Origin: Guillardia theta CCMP2712
Taxonomy: Eukaryota > Protista > Cryptophyta
Direction of reading: 5' to 3'
Length of the DNA stretch: 64,000 nt
NCBI RefSeq assembly: GCF_000315625.1
Contig: NW_005434552.1
Span: forward strand, 117,080 to 181,079
This document shows positions 1-10,661 of this stretch, piece after piece. The position numbers were made by a program, and so were the translations under genes. Numbering within the stretch: position 1 is the stretch's first letter; the number at the start of each line of letters is the position of its first letter. The notes beneath the pieces were generated by a model, which saw only the letters and a program-made list of their open reading frames with translations, did no database searches and was not told the origin of the DNA.

Positions 1-345
1 CTCCCTCCCTCCTTCCCTCCCCCTCGTGTTTCCTTCCTCCCTTTCCTGCTTTTTGCTTGTTCTTATCCTTGTAGCTCAGACATCTCTTCATCATTCAGCA
101 AAGATACAGCGATTTGCAGCGCTCACTGCCTCTCTTTTAGTCCACGTACTTGCTAGCTCTCCTATTACTTGTTCCCTGATCTCCTATCGCTCTTCTCCTC
201 TTCGCTTTTGCTGTTGAGAGGTTCAAGCTCTTGCTTCTCTTCATCCTTCACCCTCCCATGTCTTCTTCGCGTCCTGTCTCGGCCAAGCGGGTGGGACATC
301 CGCTGCCCGAAGAGATAGTCGTCAGCAATCATCTCCAGCCTAGAA

Positions 346-924
346 ATGCCCGGGAAGCAGAGACAAGGGCTCGCTTTCGGTTTCAAGAGGTATAGACCAT
401 GTGCCTGCTTCGCTTCTGAGCTCTTCTCTTCCCGCTGACAGGCTGTGGGGGCTTCGCTTGCGGCTCTCGTGCTGATGGGGATCGGCATCGGTCTGTTTGC
501 TGTCTGGGCTAACACCTACCTCGCGCCCTTGGGAACCTACTACGAGGCTGCTTGCCTTGTGCTGAACTCCACACAAGTTGTCATCACTGACGGCTACATG
601 CGCGAGCCGCTGTACCGAGCTGAGGTCTTGCTCAGCAACAAGGTCTTGTGCTACTTGCTCAGACAGTGTCAGGTGTACGTCTACGTCTTCAACACAAGCG
701 AGACCTCCTGCTGCTGTCCCAACGTCTTTGGAAAGCAGCGCTGTGGAGAGTGGGAAGCAATCGCGTACGACAACATCGACGAGAGGTCGCTGCCGCTTTG
801 GTCTGAGCGTATGATGAAACATGTTGTGCTGCAGCTACACGTCTGGAAGCAAAGCGTCTTTCTTGCGAGATTACGGTCACCCCGACACCTATCACAAGTG
901 CTGGCATTCCCCAGGCATCGATAG
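346..924 (+). CDS. Hypothetical membrane protein (multi-exon; boundaries approximate)
   Basis: Hydrophobic segment ASLAALVLMGIGIGLFAVW followed by a Cys-rich region; likely GT..CAG intron at ~390-441. Confidence 0.35.
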
Positions 925-1387
925 TCATAAAGTCAGGCAGACGAGAACTGAGTTGTGAGCTTGCAGACAAGAATAAGGTTGTGCTCATGAGGAGCTCAAG
1001 ATCCATGTTCCTCATGCCAAGTTTGATCTCTTTTATCTTCGGGTGCTTGAATGATTTAAATCAGTGTGCATGGTAACTCCATGTCAGGTTGTACTTTGCG
1101 CAATCTTCGATTCGCAAATTCAGTGCTTACAGAACATCAGTGTACTACGTCGACAAGTTCAAAGGGAGGCTGAAGGATGAGAACGTGAACTTTCTGATCG
1201 GAATGTTACATCGCTGATGTGTGCATGCAGAAAATTGAAGAAAAGGTCCCGCTTCAGAAAAAAACGTTGACACAAGAATTTCAGGAGGAAGAGGAAGAGG
1301 AAGAGGAAGAGGAAGAGGAAGAGGAAGAGGTCGGGTAAGGCGTGATGTATAGGATAAAGAGATCTAAGTAACATCTTTACTTGACTT

Positions 1388-2392
1388 GTGCTCGAACAAA
1401 ATCCTTCACCATTTCAGCTTCATAATGGATCCAGCTGTCGGCTATCGGCAAGCTCGAGCAGCGATCTTGTTCCTGTGCTGAAGATGTACGAAGGAAGTCC
1501 GTTCTTCCCTTCGATGATGGTCAAGGCGAACAATCTAGATACCTTCAAGAACAGCCAATGGATCTTTGGGAGCTATGAGAGGCAAACACGTGGAATGATT
1601 CTCTCGATCAAACCGTCGGAAGTGTTGGTAGTCTGGATCACAGATTTGCAAGGAGCTTCCACCCAGCTACCGCGCCTGAGCTGCCCTCCTGACAAGCTGC
1701 AAGTCCTCAATCACTTTGGAAACACGTGTTGGAGGCTGAGAGATCGCAGAATCTTACCCCCGGGATGAACAGGGACCCCACGAGTTCTATCCTGGAGATC
1801 TCCTGTGTGAGAAAGACAACTCGACTCCGGTGAATCGTGCCAACCTTTATGTGGTCATATCTGCCGACGAACGATCCCGGATGATGCTCGTTCGGAAGGT
1901 GATGGGATGCTTTTGACTTTTGAGCTGTCTGTTTGAGATGGCGTGTTGATCTCTTACGATTTGTTCCAACAGCCCTCACATGCGCGTTGTCAGGTGTTGG
2001 AGGAAGGGCAGGTTGCCGAGCAGCTCGATGCCAACAAGAACGACTATGAAGTGATGAGTGCGTTTGATCTTCAGGTTCTGAATCCTAATCCTAATCCCTA
2101 CCCCTCCCTCTCCCTCTGCTTCCCCCTCTCCCTCTCCCTCTCCCTCTCCCCCCTTCAACCAACGGTTTTTAGCTGACCTGCATGCTAGGCACATCAAGGT
2201 TTCAGCTTCCGCATGGGAGACATTGTTGTCAGGCTGGAAACAGGCGCAAGCTCTGACGCAACCAAACCCTCAGTCAAACAGGACGAGGACGGAACGAGGG
2301 AGATGGACGGAAGAGAGGAGGAGGGACGCCCTTTGGCAGGCAGCCTAGAGGGGAAAGAAAAGGATGCAGCTGTTCTAACTTCATCTTTGTAA
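1388..2392 (+). CDS. Hypothetical protein, several short exons (model uncertain)
   Basis: Chain of short coding-like segments separated by GT..AG intron-like stretches; no recognised domain. Confidence 0.3.
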
Positions 2393-2563
2393 ATCAAAAT
2401 CAGGACTTCCATGCGCATGACTTTACAGATGATTCGCTGGCAGATAGTGTCTGTTTTGCTTCATAAAAACAATAAATGTATCCTTCTTACATCAGCGCGC
2501 TCTTAAAGATGTTTGTATTCTACATGATGTATTGCCTTCTCACTGCTCCGACATGTTCCTTTC

Positions 2564-3925
2564 TCACTCTGTTACAGCTCCTTTCTGCAAGAACAATTTC
2601 TTCGCATCGTTTGACATGATTGCCCCACCGATTCGAGCTCCGATACAGTTGAGAATCGGGTCACTTCCACTGTATTTCTTGACGAGATAGAGTTGGTTAT
2701 CTTCGAACAGTGCGAAGATCTTAATGCAGATGTCCGCACCAGTTACAGCAAGAACCTTTCCGTTCCACCCCCAACTCATGCATTTGATTTCAACACACTC
2801 CATGTGTAATTCTATGGTCTGAACGTGCTGTTTGACTCGGGTCTTCCAGGTTTCTATGATCGCTTCTTGCGAGCCAACTGCTATCATCTTTCCGTCCGGC
2901 CTGCAGCTGATGACCGAGATGGTGATGTCTGAGACGTTCTTGATCTCATTGATACATTGCTCTGTAGCAACATTCCAAATCCGAATCTCTTCTTTGGTGG
3001 CAGAAGCAAGTATCTTTCCATCCTGTGCCCAGCTCAAGAAATCAGCTTCACAATCACTTCTCAGCTCGTGGCTGCAGATGTTCAGCTCGACGTCCCAGAT
3101 CTGGATCACAGTATCATCCAGCAAGGAAACAGCAAGCGATCTTCTGTCGGGGCTCCAGCAAACGCAGCAAACATTGCGAACAAGCATTTTGGAGGGACCC
3201 TTCTGAAGACCGGATCGCACGTCCCATGCTTGAATCATGCCTTCGCCAGATACTGAGATTATCTTGCTTTGATCGATGCCCCAACTTGTTGCTGCGTCAG
3301 AGTCCCAAAAAGAATTCCTGCACTTCAAGCAAATATCGTCTTCTGCAACATCCCAAAATTCAACATTGTCGTCATCTGACGCGATCGCAATTCTATCTCC
3401 ACCTGGAGCCCAGCTCAAGCATGATGTGTTCGGCGTATTGTGGTACAATGTTTTCAACCATCCTGTTGTGTTCCAGATTCTGAGTGTTTGATCTACATGT
3501 GCGGAGGCGAACTCCTCCCCAGCAGTCTTCCAGCTCAAGCATAAGACTTTAGGAAGATCAGGCTCATGCAGACAGCAATGAATGTCAGCTGATCCAACCT
3601 CCCAAACCCGAAGAGCCTCGTCGTCCCAACCCGACGCGATGTAGTCTCCGTTGTGACACCAGCTCAAGCATGTTCCATTTCCTGCGGTCAGCTTTTGTGA
3701 TCTGTCTCCATTGACGTGATTCCACACACGAATGGTGTTGTCATAGGCGGTCAAGGCGAGGCTTTTTCCATCTGAACTCCAGCTTAGAACCATGACTTCA
3801 TCTTCACTGGGAGTGAGTGTGTTTGCAACAGTAGAATTATCTGCATTCCATATCTTAATTATTCCTTGCTTGTCGCCAACAGCAAGCAGCAATCCTACAG
3901 GATTCCAGCTTAAGCACGTTATCAT
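2564..3925 (-). CDS. WD40-repeat C-terminal continuation of the NACHT-WD40 protein (frameshifted)
   Basis: ~10 further WD40 repeats (CLSW...IKIWN); begins mid-repeat exactly where the upstream ORF stops (ATGA overlap 3922-3925). Confidence 0.85.
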   Translation of the reverse strand: MITCLSWNPVGLLLAVGDKQGIIKIWNADNSTVANTLTPSEDEVMVLSWSSDGKSLALTAYDNTIRVWNHVNGDRSQKLTAGNGTCLSWCHNGDYIASGWDDEALRVWEVGSADIHCCLHEPDLPKVLCLSWKTAGEEFASAHVDQTLRIWNTTGWLKTLYHNTPNTSCLSWAPGGDRIAIASDDDNVEFWDVAEDDICLKCRNSFWDSDAATSWGIDQSKIISVSGEGMIQAWDVRSGLQKGPSKMLVRNVCCVCWSPDRRSLAVSLLDDTVIQIWDVELNICSHELRSDCEADFLSWAQDGKILASATKEEIRIWNVATEQCINEIKNVSDITISVISCRPDGKMIAVGSQEAIIETWKTRVKQHVQTIELHMECVEIKCMSWGWNGKVLAVTGADICIKIFALFEDNQLYLVKKYSGSDPILNCIGARIGGAIMSNDAKKLFLQKGAVTE

Positions 3926-6900
3926 TCTTTTTCATCGTTATGTAACCTCCGAGTACAATCACCCGACTCCACATCCCACAAGCTGACGACTCCATCAGAC
4001 GATCCAGCTGCTAGCATCTTCTTGGAGGGATCAAGTTTCATGCAAGATACAACCTGCAGTCTTGATCGAAAAGCATGTAAGCACACTTCTCTGTCAACCT
4101 CCCAAACTCGAACATCTCCTAGAGGTGAGCTCGAGGCCAGCATCTTCCCTCCTGGTCCCCAGCTCATGCTCGTCACCTCCCCAGCATGCTCCTCAAGCGA
4201 GCGGATGCATCTCTCCGACTCCACGTCCCACACCTCTATCAGCCCGTCCTCCCATCCCGTCGCCAGCGCCTTCCCGTCGGGCCTCCAGCACATGATGGAG
4301 ACTTGAAGGTCGCGGGTTTGGAGGGAGTGGGAGCAGGAAGCTTGAGGGAGGTCCCAGATGTCGATGGAGGTACGAGGGGAAGGGCATGCAAGTCTCGTGC
4401 CATCAGGAGCTAAAACAGCCTCCGACTCATTGCATTCCAACTCTGGAAGAGTCTTTTCGTTGATAACATCCCAGATCCTTGTAATAGAATCAGAATCAGA
4501 TATGATCCATCTTTCATCTCCTGAAATCTGAATGTACTTGATCGGATCTTCGTGTCCTTGCAATGTGTAAACACATTGGCCTGACTCCAGGTCCCAAACT
4601 TGTATCACGCCGTTCCGTGATCCTGATACAAGAGTCTTTCCTTCGTAACCATCAAAGCGTAAGAAAGTCACTCGCTCTGCAGTCTGCTGCAATGTCTTCA
4701 GGCAGATTCCAGACTCAACATCCCATATTCGGATAGTATGATCATTAGATCCCGAAGCTAACGTCTTACTCTCCGATCGAAAAGTTAAAAATGTGACATC
4801 TGCTGTATGACCTTTCAACATTCGAACACAGCGTTCTGTTTCAATGTCCAATAAACGAATGTGCCTCCCATTCCACACACTGGCAATCAGGATCATGTCT
4901 GAACACAGAAGAAACACTTCTGCCGCTTTTTTCACTTCACTATGTGCTTGTAGACTGGAGTTTGCATGTAAATCCCATACATCTACTATCGCACCTTCTT
5001 CCCACACTTGCGCGACTCTCCTGCCGTCTGGGCTCCATATCAACTGTTCTTTTTCCTCTATTTCCTTTCGCAAAGTGCATTCGACCTTGTTCGCTTCAAA
5101 GTTCCAGATTCGAAAATGATTTTCATCTGAGCTCAGAGAAATCATCTTCTCGTCAGAGCTCCATTCGATACCCGACACAGTTTCAGGAAGTCTCTCAAGC
5201 TTTTGTTCACAGTTTCCTGTCGTTGAGTCCCAAATCAGCATTTGTTTATCATCTGATGTTGAAACACATTTGTGCTCGTCTGGATTCCAAGTCACACCTC
5301 TTATGGCTGAATGGTGCCCCGGATGAGTCAGAAGACAAACATCTGTTTCTGTGCTCCAAATTTGAATCATGCGATTCGCTGTGGCAGCCGCAAGAAGTTT
5401 GCCATCACTTGCAAAGTTCAATGCCTGTACTTCAGTCAAACTACCTCTGTCATTTCCACTCAGCCATCCATCATCATTCAAACTCCAAATCCTGATAGGA
5501 CTATCAGCTGAGCTCGAGGCCAGCATCTTCCCTCCTGGTCCCCAGCTCATGCTCGTCACCTCCCCAGCATGCTCCTCAAGCGAGCGGATGCATCTCTCCG
5601 ACTCCACGTCCCACACCTCTATCAGCCCGTCCTCCCATCCCGTCGCCAGCGCCTTCCCGTCGGGCCTCCAGCACATGATGGAGACATGAAGGTCGCGGGT
5701 TTGGAGGGAGTGGGAGCAGGAAGCTTGAGGGAGGTCCCAGATGTCGATGGAGGTACGAGGGGAAGGGCATGCAAGTCTCGTGCCATCAGGAGAAATGGCT
5801 ACAACGTCTACATCTGTGACTTCATGGATTGTAAGCATCACTCGTTCAGATTCGATCTCCCAAATCTCAATTCCTTTTGCCTCATTGTCTTCAGATAACA
5901 GTGTGATCAGAGTTGCTCCCTTGGGCCCAAAAAGAATCACAGACGATCCATCTTTGAATAGTTGTACTTGGCTGATGCAATGTCCGGTCTCTATGCTCCA
6001 TTTCCTGATCTTCCCATCAGTTTCAGCAGTATGAAGTAACTCATCTTCTGAATCGTAATGTAAATATGGTAATTCATCGAAGGGAAACCTTTCTTTTAGC
6101 TGCCCTGACTCCGCATCCAAAACCAAAACAAATCCACTAGACACACCGACGATAATGAACTTACCGTCATCAGTGTAGAGGAGAGCCTCGATTTTTTTTT
6201 CAGTTGGAATCGGCTCTTGTATAATGTTGAGTAGCGCAGAAAGCAGATTCGAATCTTCTTCTCGCTGCCTTCCTTGTACTGCTCCTTCGTCCTTACTGTT
6301 CACACCGTCCTCCTCGTCGTCCTCCTCGTCGTCCTCCTCGTGGTCCTCCTCGTGGTCCTCCTCGTGGTCCTCCTCGTGGTCCTCCTCGTGGTCCTCCTCG
6401 TGGTCCTCCTCGTGGTCCTCCTCGTCGTCCTCCTCGTCGTCCTCCTCGTCCTCCTCGTCCACTTCTTGTGCTCTGTTGTGGATAAAGGAAAGCAGACTGG
6501 ATAGGTTCCTCTGACTTTCTTGTACAGCTCCATCTTCTCGGTAGTCCTCCTCATGCAGTTCGTCCGATTCTTGTAGATCATCAAGCGTACGTGTATACAG
6601 GCATGCCTCAGTCTCTACGTCCCAAAGTTGGATGCTAGATAAGGATGCAGCAACAAAGGTCCTCCCATCAGGCCCATGCATCACTCTTTGAATGTCTCCG
6701 ACCAGCTGAGGTTCGAGTTTGCGCCAAGTCTGTATCGGCTGATCGTCTTGTATTTCAAAGGTACATTTCCATATTTCACCACAGGAGGTTGCAACGCAGA
6801 GATTGCTTCCGTCCGGCGAAAAGCTTATCCCTTCGCTGTCTTCCGCACATATTATGCTAGTATCTCCTTCCCCATTAAATGGAAATTCGCCGAAGAACAT

Positions 6901-9195
6901 TCCAGTCAGGTTGGCGTCTGTCAGATCTGTCTCCAAGAACCAGGCATGACACGCGTCTACCTGCGATAGATTGGCGCCTCTGAAGTTTGTTCGATGCATA
7001 ACAATGTTTCGCAAGACAGCACCGCAGATCTGAACTCCAGACAAGTCCATCCCTGCGAACGACACGCCAGCAGCTGTCAGGAGGGTTGCTGCATTGGCTG
7101 CTGCAATGACCCGTGGACTTGAATCTGACTCAACTCCTCGAGATGCACGAATAATTTCAAAGAGTTTCTGTTTGAATTGTGACGAGGTCTGCACAGACAG
7201 AACAAGAAACTTGATTGTCTCAACATCATGGTTAAGAAGACGCAGGCCCAGTCCATGCAGCATGACTTCATCAACGCAATCTCTAGTTAGCGTCCTCTCA
7301 ACAATTTCTTGTGCAAGGAAAAAGCTTCTAAAACTGTCGTGATCGAAGTGGATACTGATTGCTTCAGCATGATCTGAGTTTGTCGTTGTTTGATGTATCA
7401 AGTGCTGCGAGAGCAAGCAGAACCCCACGTTTTCCTTGACATCTGTACCAGCTGGCATCGAAAAGGGACTTTTCTGCAGAAACTGCTGTGAGGTCTCGAG
7501 CACAAGCCGGTTCTTGCCTGCACGGTGCATCTCAAAGGAGATGACTCGCACAGCTTCAAGGAATTTGTCCGGGTAATTCTCTTCTGTTATCCCAACTAGG
7601 TTGAAGCTGTCCTTTATCCCGGCCTTGCCTTGAAGTTTGAACCATTCCATTACGAAACATGTCTCAGCATACGTGGCATAAAGGTCGATTTTCGTCATGG
7701 GACAAGCGACCGAGAAGTCGTGTCCTCCATGACACAAGCGAGGCAGAGCTGAGATTACAAGCTTGAAAGCAAGTGGGGTTGTGACAAGTTTCTGCAAGTC
7801 TGGTCTTGCATCGAGAGCTGTTCGATAATCTTCTGCGGTCCAAGCACTCTCAACAGGAGGGATGCTCATCTGTAGAAAACATGGAACAAGATCCCTGGCC
7901 TGTTTGAAACTCAAAGGACATATCCAGTAAGCATCCAGTGTTTTGCTTGTTGCTCCATCTGGATAAAATAGAGAAAATGACTTTCTACCAGATCTCAGAA
8001 ACTCGCTTCTGCAGGTAACAACAACCTTAATGTTTGAATTGCCCCTCATCTCAGCCACATACTTCTTCACCACGTTTTCTTTCATTCTGAGCTCATCATA
8101 TCCATCTAATATCAGCACGAAAGAGTTTTGTTGCACAAATCTTCTCCATTCTTCATCGGGCAGCTGGTGCCCAAGTTGTTTCTGGACGAATTCTCTGATA
8201 CCCATTTGATACACAAGTTGCACGAATATTGGAACAGCATGGCACTCCTTCCATTCCTGCCACAATTCAGCGCTCCACTTCTTTGTAATCGTAGACTTTC
8301 CACTTCCCGCGGCTCCTTGCAGGAGTAAAACTTTGCTTTCGCTTGAAAGGAACATTTTTAGGACTTGACGAGACGGGATACTGTTGCTCTTCACATCGTC
8401 GGGACCAGTGTCTGTACAGGATATTTCAAGGTAATCTTGCAAAGTCTCTTCGACGTTGTCATCCATGAAGGCAGTCTTGAGGTTAGATCGCAACGTCCTG
8501 ACAAGCCTGCCTGCAATAGACAAGTGCTCATTTCGTTCTGGTTGTATCATTCCACTTTTAGGATCAACTTTTTCTGCAAACCTGTACCTAATACTGAAAC
8601 ACCATGCATTGAGAATCATGTTTGCCTTGAGAGGAGCAATCGGTGGACTTTGAGAGCTTATCAGATGAAGAGAGACTTGATCTGTTTGGAACTTTGAGTC
8701 TTTGGAGTTGACATAATCTTCTACGAAAAACTTGATAGGATCATCTTTGTCTTCCTCTTTCTTAGTGATTAAATTTCCATCTTTGTCACCATGTGCTCCT
8801 GTGTTCACGTGAATAGCTTGGTTGAGCTTGGCTGCCAACTCAAGTATTTTCATTACGTGCTCGTCGTGTACCTCTTTATCGCATTCCCAGAGGATTTGTC
8901 GAGGGTTCAGCTGAAGTGCAACGAAAGGACAACCTGGAAGCATGAAATGACCAGTCTCAGTTTTCATCAGACCCAGCTCATATGCATTCTTCGCCAGGTT
9001 GTAGACTTTTCCAGTTCTAAGGTTGTCGCTTCCAGCAAGGCGCGATTTCGCCTCTGCTTTCTGTCGCTTGGATCCATCACCAACTCTGTCGGTACATCCA
9101 CGCTTCATTTTGCAGTGGCGTAGAAGTGAAGCGCAAGATGGTGCTAGGAGGGTAGTACCAGCCTGAGAACAAGAGCAGCGAGTGAGGGGGGTCAT
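3922..9195 (-). CDS. NLR-like STAND protein: N-terminal effector + NACHT NTPase + pentapeptide repeats + WD40 repeats (5' part; start may be Met at 9108)
   Basis: Walker A GAAGSGKS, Walker B LILDGYDE, sensor VVTCR, WHD FDHDSFRSFFLA, AAANAATLL followed by pentapeptide repeats (GMDLSGVQICGAVL..GANLS..DANLT), many GH..WD-type repeats. Confidence 0.92.
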   Translation of the reverse strand: MTPLTRCSCSQAGTTLLAPSCASLLRHCKMKRGCTDRVGDGSKRQKAEAKSRLAGSDNLRTGKVYNLAKNAYELGLMKTETGHFMLPGCPFVALQLNPRQILWECDKEVHDEHVMKILELAAKLNQAIHVNTGAHGDKDGNLITKKEEDKDDPIKFFVEDYVNSKDSKFQTDQVSLHLISSQSPPIAPLKANMILNAWCFSIRYRFAEKVDPKSGMIQPERNEHLSIAGRLVRTLRSNLKTAFMDDNVEETLQDYLEISCTDTGPDDVKSNSIPSRQVLKMFLSSESKVLLLQGAAGSGKSTITKKWSAELWQEWKECHAVPIFVQLVYQMGIREFVQKQLGHQLPDEEWRRFVQQNSFVLILDGYDELRMKENVVKKYVAEMRGNSNIKVVVTCRSEFLRSGRKSFSLFYPDGATSKTLDAYWICPLSFKQARDLVPCFLQMSIPPVESAWTAEDYRTALDARPDLQKLVTTPLAFKLVISALPRLCHGGHDFSVACPMTKIDLYATYAETCFVMEWFKLQGKAGIKDSFNLVGITEENYPDKFLEAVRVISFEMHRAGKNRLVLETSQQFLQKSPFSMPAGTDVKENVGFCLLSQHLIHQTTTNSDHAEAISIHFDHDSFRSFFLAQEIVERTLTRDCVDEVMLHGLGLRLLNHDVETIKFLVLSVQTSSQFKQKLFEIIRASRGVESDSSPRVIAAANAATLLTAAGVSFAGMDLSGVQICGAVLRNIVMHRTNFRGANLSQVDACHAWFLETDLTDANLTGMFFGEFPFNGEGDTSIICAEDSEGISFSPDGSNLCVATSCGEIWKCTFEIQDDQPIQTWRKLEPQLVGDIQRVMHGPDGRTFVAASLSSIQLWDVETEACLYTRTLDDLQESDELHEEDYREDGAVQESQRNLSSLLSFIHNRAQEVDEEDEEDDEEDDEEDHEEDHEEDHEEDHEEDHEEDHEEDHEEDDEEDDEEDGVNSKDEGAVQGRQREEDSNLLSALLNIIQEPIPTEKKIEALLYTDDGKFIIVGVSSGFVLVLDAESGQLKERFPFDELPYLHYDSEDELLHTAETDGKIRKWSIETGHCISQVQLFKDGSSVILFGPKGATLITLLSEDNEAKGIEIWEIESERVMLTIHEVTDVDVVAISPDGTRLACPSPRTSIDIWDLPQASCSHSLQTRDLHVSIMCWRPDGKALATGWEDGLIEVWDVESERCIRSLEEHAGEVTSMSWGPGGKMLASSSADSPIRIWSLNDDGWLSGNDRGSLTEVQALNFASDGKLLAAATANRMIQIWSTETDVCLLTHPGHHSAIRGVTWNPDEHKCVSTSDDKQMLIWDSTTGNCEQKLERLPETVSGIEWSSDEKMISLSSDENHFRIWNFEANKVECTLRKEIEEKEQLIWSPDGRRVAQVWEEGAIVDVWDLHANSSLQAHSEVKKAAEVFLLCSDMILIASVWNGRHIRLLDIETERCVRMLKGHTADVTFLTFRSESKTLASGSNDHTIRIWDVESGICLKTLQQTAERVTFLRFDGYEGKTLVSGSRNGVIQVWDLESGQCVYTLQGHEDPIKYIQISGDERWIISDSDSITRIWDVINEKTLPELECNESEAVLAPDGTRLACPSPRTSIDIWDLPQASCSHSLQTRDLQVSIMCWRPDGKALATGWEDGLIEVWDVESERCIRSLEEHAGEVTSMSWGPGGKMLASSSPLGDVRVWEVDREVCLHAFRSRLQVVSCMKLDPSKKMLAAGSSDGVVSLWDVESGDCTRRLHNDEKE
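4126..4409. repeat. 284-bp internal duplication copy 2 (two WD40 repeats)
   Basis: Matches 5509-5792 with one substitution seen (Q/H). Confidence 0.9.
5509..5792. repeat. 284-bp internal duplication copy 1 (two WD40 repeats)
   Basis: Matches 4126-4409; offset 1383 nt = 461 codons, in frame. Confidence 0.9.
6306..6460. repeat. 12-bp coding minisatellite (TCCTCCTCGTGG/TCCTCCTCGTCG) encoding (EEDH/EEDD)n
   Basis: Tandem repeats seen directly. Confidence 0.9.
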
Positions 9196-9730
9196 AAGTT
9201 GAATACCTTTAAACTAGTTCAGAGCTGTTTCTACAGAAAACTTTTGCTACATTTGTGAGCTCTGCCACTACTACGACTACTTACCATAAACAAGTGTGGA
9301 AGTGAAAACTGGTGAATGGGAGAAGAGACGAGAAGACAGGCAAGTCTCGTGATTGTGAGTGAAGAGAAAAACAAAGACAACAGAGAAAAAAATGCGCTGG
9401 AGAGGAAAGGCAAGGAGGGAGAAGATTCAACGAAGAGAGAAAAGGAAAGTGGAGGAGAGGAGGTGGGAGGAGGGGTGTGGAAATGAGAGGATTGGAAAGG
9501 AGAGGAGAGAGGTTACGAAAGGAAAAGAAGGGGTGGAGAGGAGATGAAAGCAAAGCAAAAGAGATGAGATGAGAGGGGAGGCGAGGCGAAGAGAAGAAAA
9601 GAGAAGCGGACAGGACAGGACAGGACAGGATAGAGGAGAGACAATGGAAGAGGAGAGGAGAGGGGAGCTCAGGAAAGAAGAGGACATGAGAAGAAAGCTA
9701 ATGAGAGGAGAGGAGTGGAGAGAAAAGATG

Positions 9731-9799
9731 ACAGGACAGGACAGGACAGGACAGGACAGGACAGGACAGGACAGGACAGGACAGGACAGGACAGGACAG
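9731..9799. repeat. (GGACA)n microsatellite
   Basis: Tandem repeats seen directly. Confidence 0.9.
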
Positions 9800-10410
9800 G
9801 GGAGAAGAGGGGGGAGAGGAGAGGAGAGGAGAGGTGGACAGGACAGGAGAGGAGAGGAAGAGACACTCTCTGAGGAAGTGAGGGGAACTACAGGTGCAGT
9901 GTTTAATGGAGAGAGGAAACCGGGGGCGGGCCTACAAGAGGATCGTGGTCAAATTGACAGAGATAGTCCATTTATATTAGGAAGACAATCGAGAGATTGA
10001 TAACCTAGGGTGTCACGAGTAGACTGTTTGATCTAGCTGGGAACCTCCGGGCTCTGATTCAATTTCAACAAGTGAAATGAAATCGAAATCTGTTGCAAGC
10101 TGGCCTCAGTAAAGTCATCTGCTCTGCTGTCTGCTGTAACATGATGCTATCTCAGTAGGCCCGCCTCAGAACAATCTGATGCGTCCTGAGACGGGCCCGT
10201 ATCAAGCGGTAGGATGTTGTCCTTCTTCATATCCTCCGAAAGTACTATAAACAAGGAGGGCTCATGTCGGGGGATCAGCGGGTTATTACGGGGCCTCGCA
10301 TGGTTTCTGATTTCGATGAAGCTGAGGCAGGCCCGCGTAGGTCCGGTCCCTCCAGGCTTTGGCTACGAGAGTCGATTTTGACTGAGAGGAGTGACGGGAG
10401 GGTTCACTTA

Positions 10411-10625
10411 CACCCCTCCTCCTCGCACCCCCCTCCTCCTCGCACCCCCCTCCTCCTCGCACCCCCCTCCTCCTCGTACCCCCCCTCCTCCTCGCACACC
10501 CCTCCTCCTGGCACCCCCCTCCTCCTCGCACCCCCCCTCCTCCTGGTACCCCCCCCTCCTCCTCGCCCCCCCCTCCCGCACCCCCCCTCCTCCTCGCACC
10601 CCCCCTCCTCCTCGCACCCCCCCTC
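10411..10625. repeat. ~17-20 bp minisatellite CTCCTCCTCGCACCCC(C)
   Basis: About 11 degenerate tandem units just upstream of the ankyrin gene. Confidence 0.85.
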
Positions 10626-10661
10626 TTCTATGCTCTCCTCTCTGCAACTCAGATCGTCACC

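Noticed and set aside
3922-3935. Programmed -1 frameshift or bacterial-type operon in the NLR gene
   Set aside because: No canonical X XXY YYZ heptamer in frame and no evidence of prokaryotic gene organisation; an indel is simpler
10411-10625. Regularly spaced repeats as a possible CRISPR array
   Set aside because: Tandem low-complexity units with no unique spacers, no cas genes, eukaryotic context
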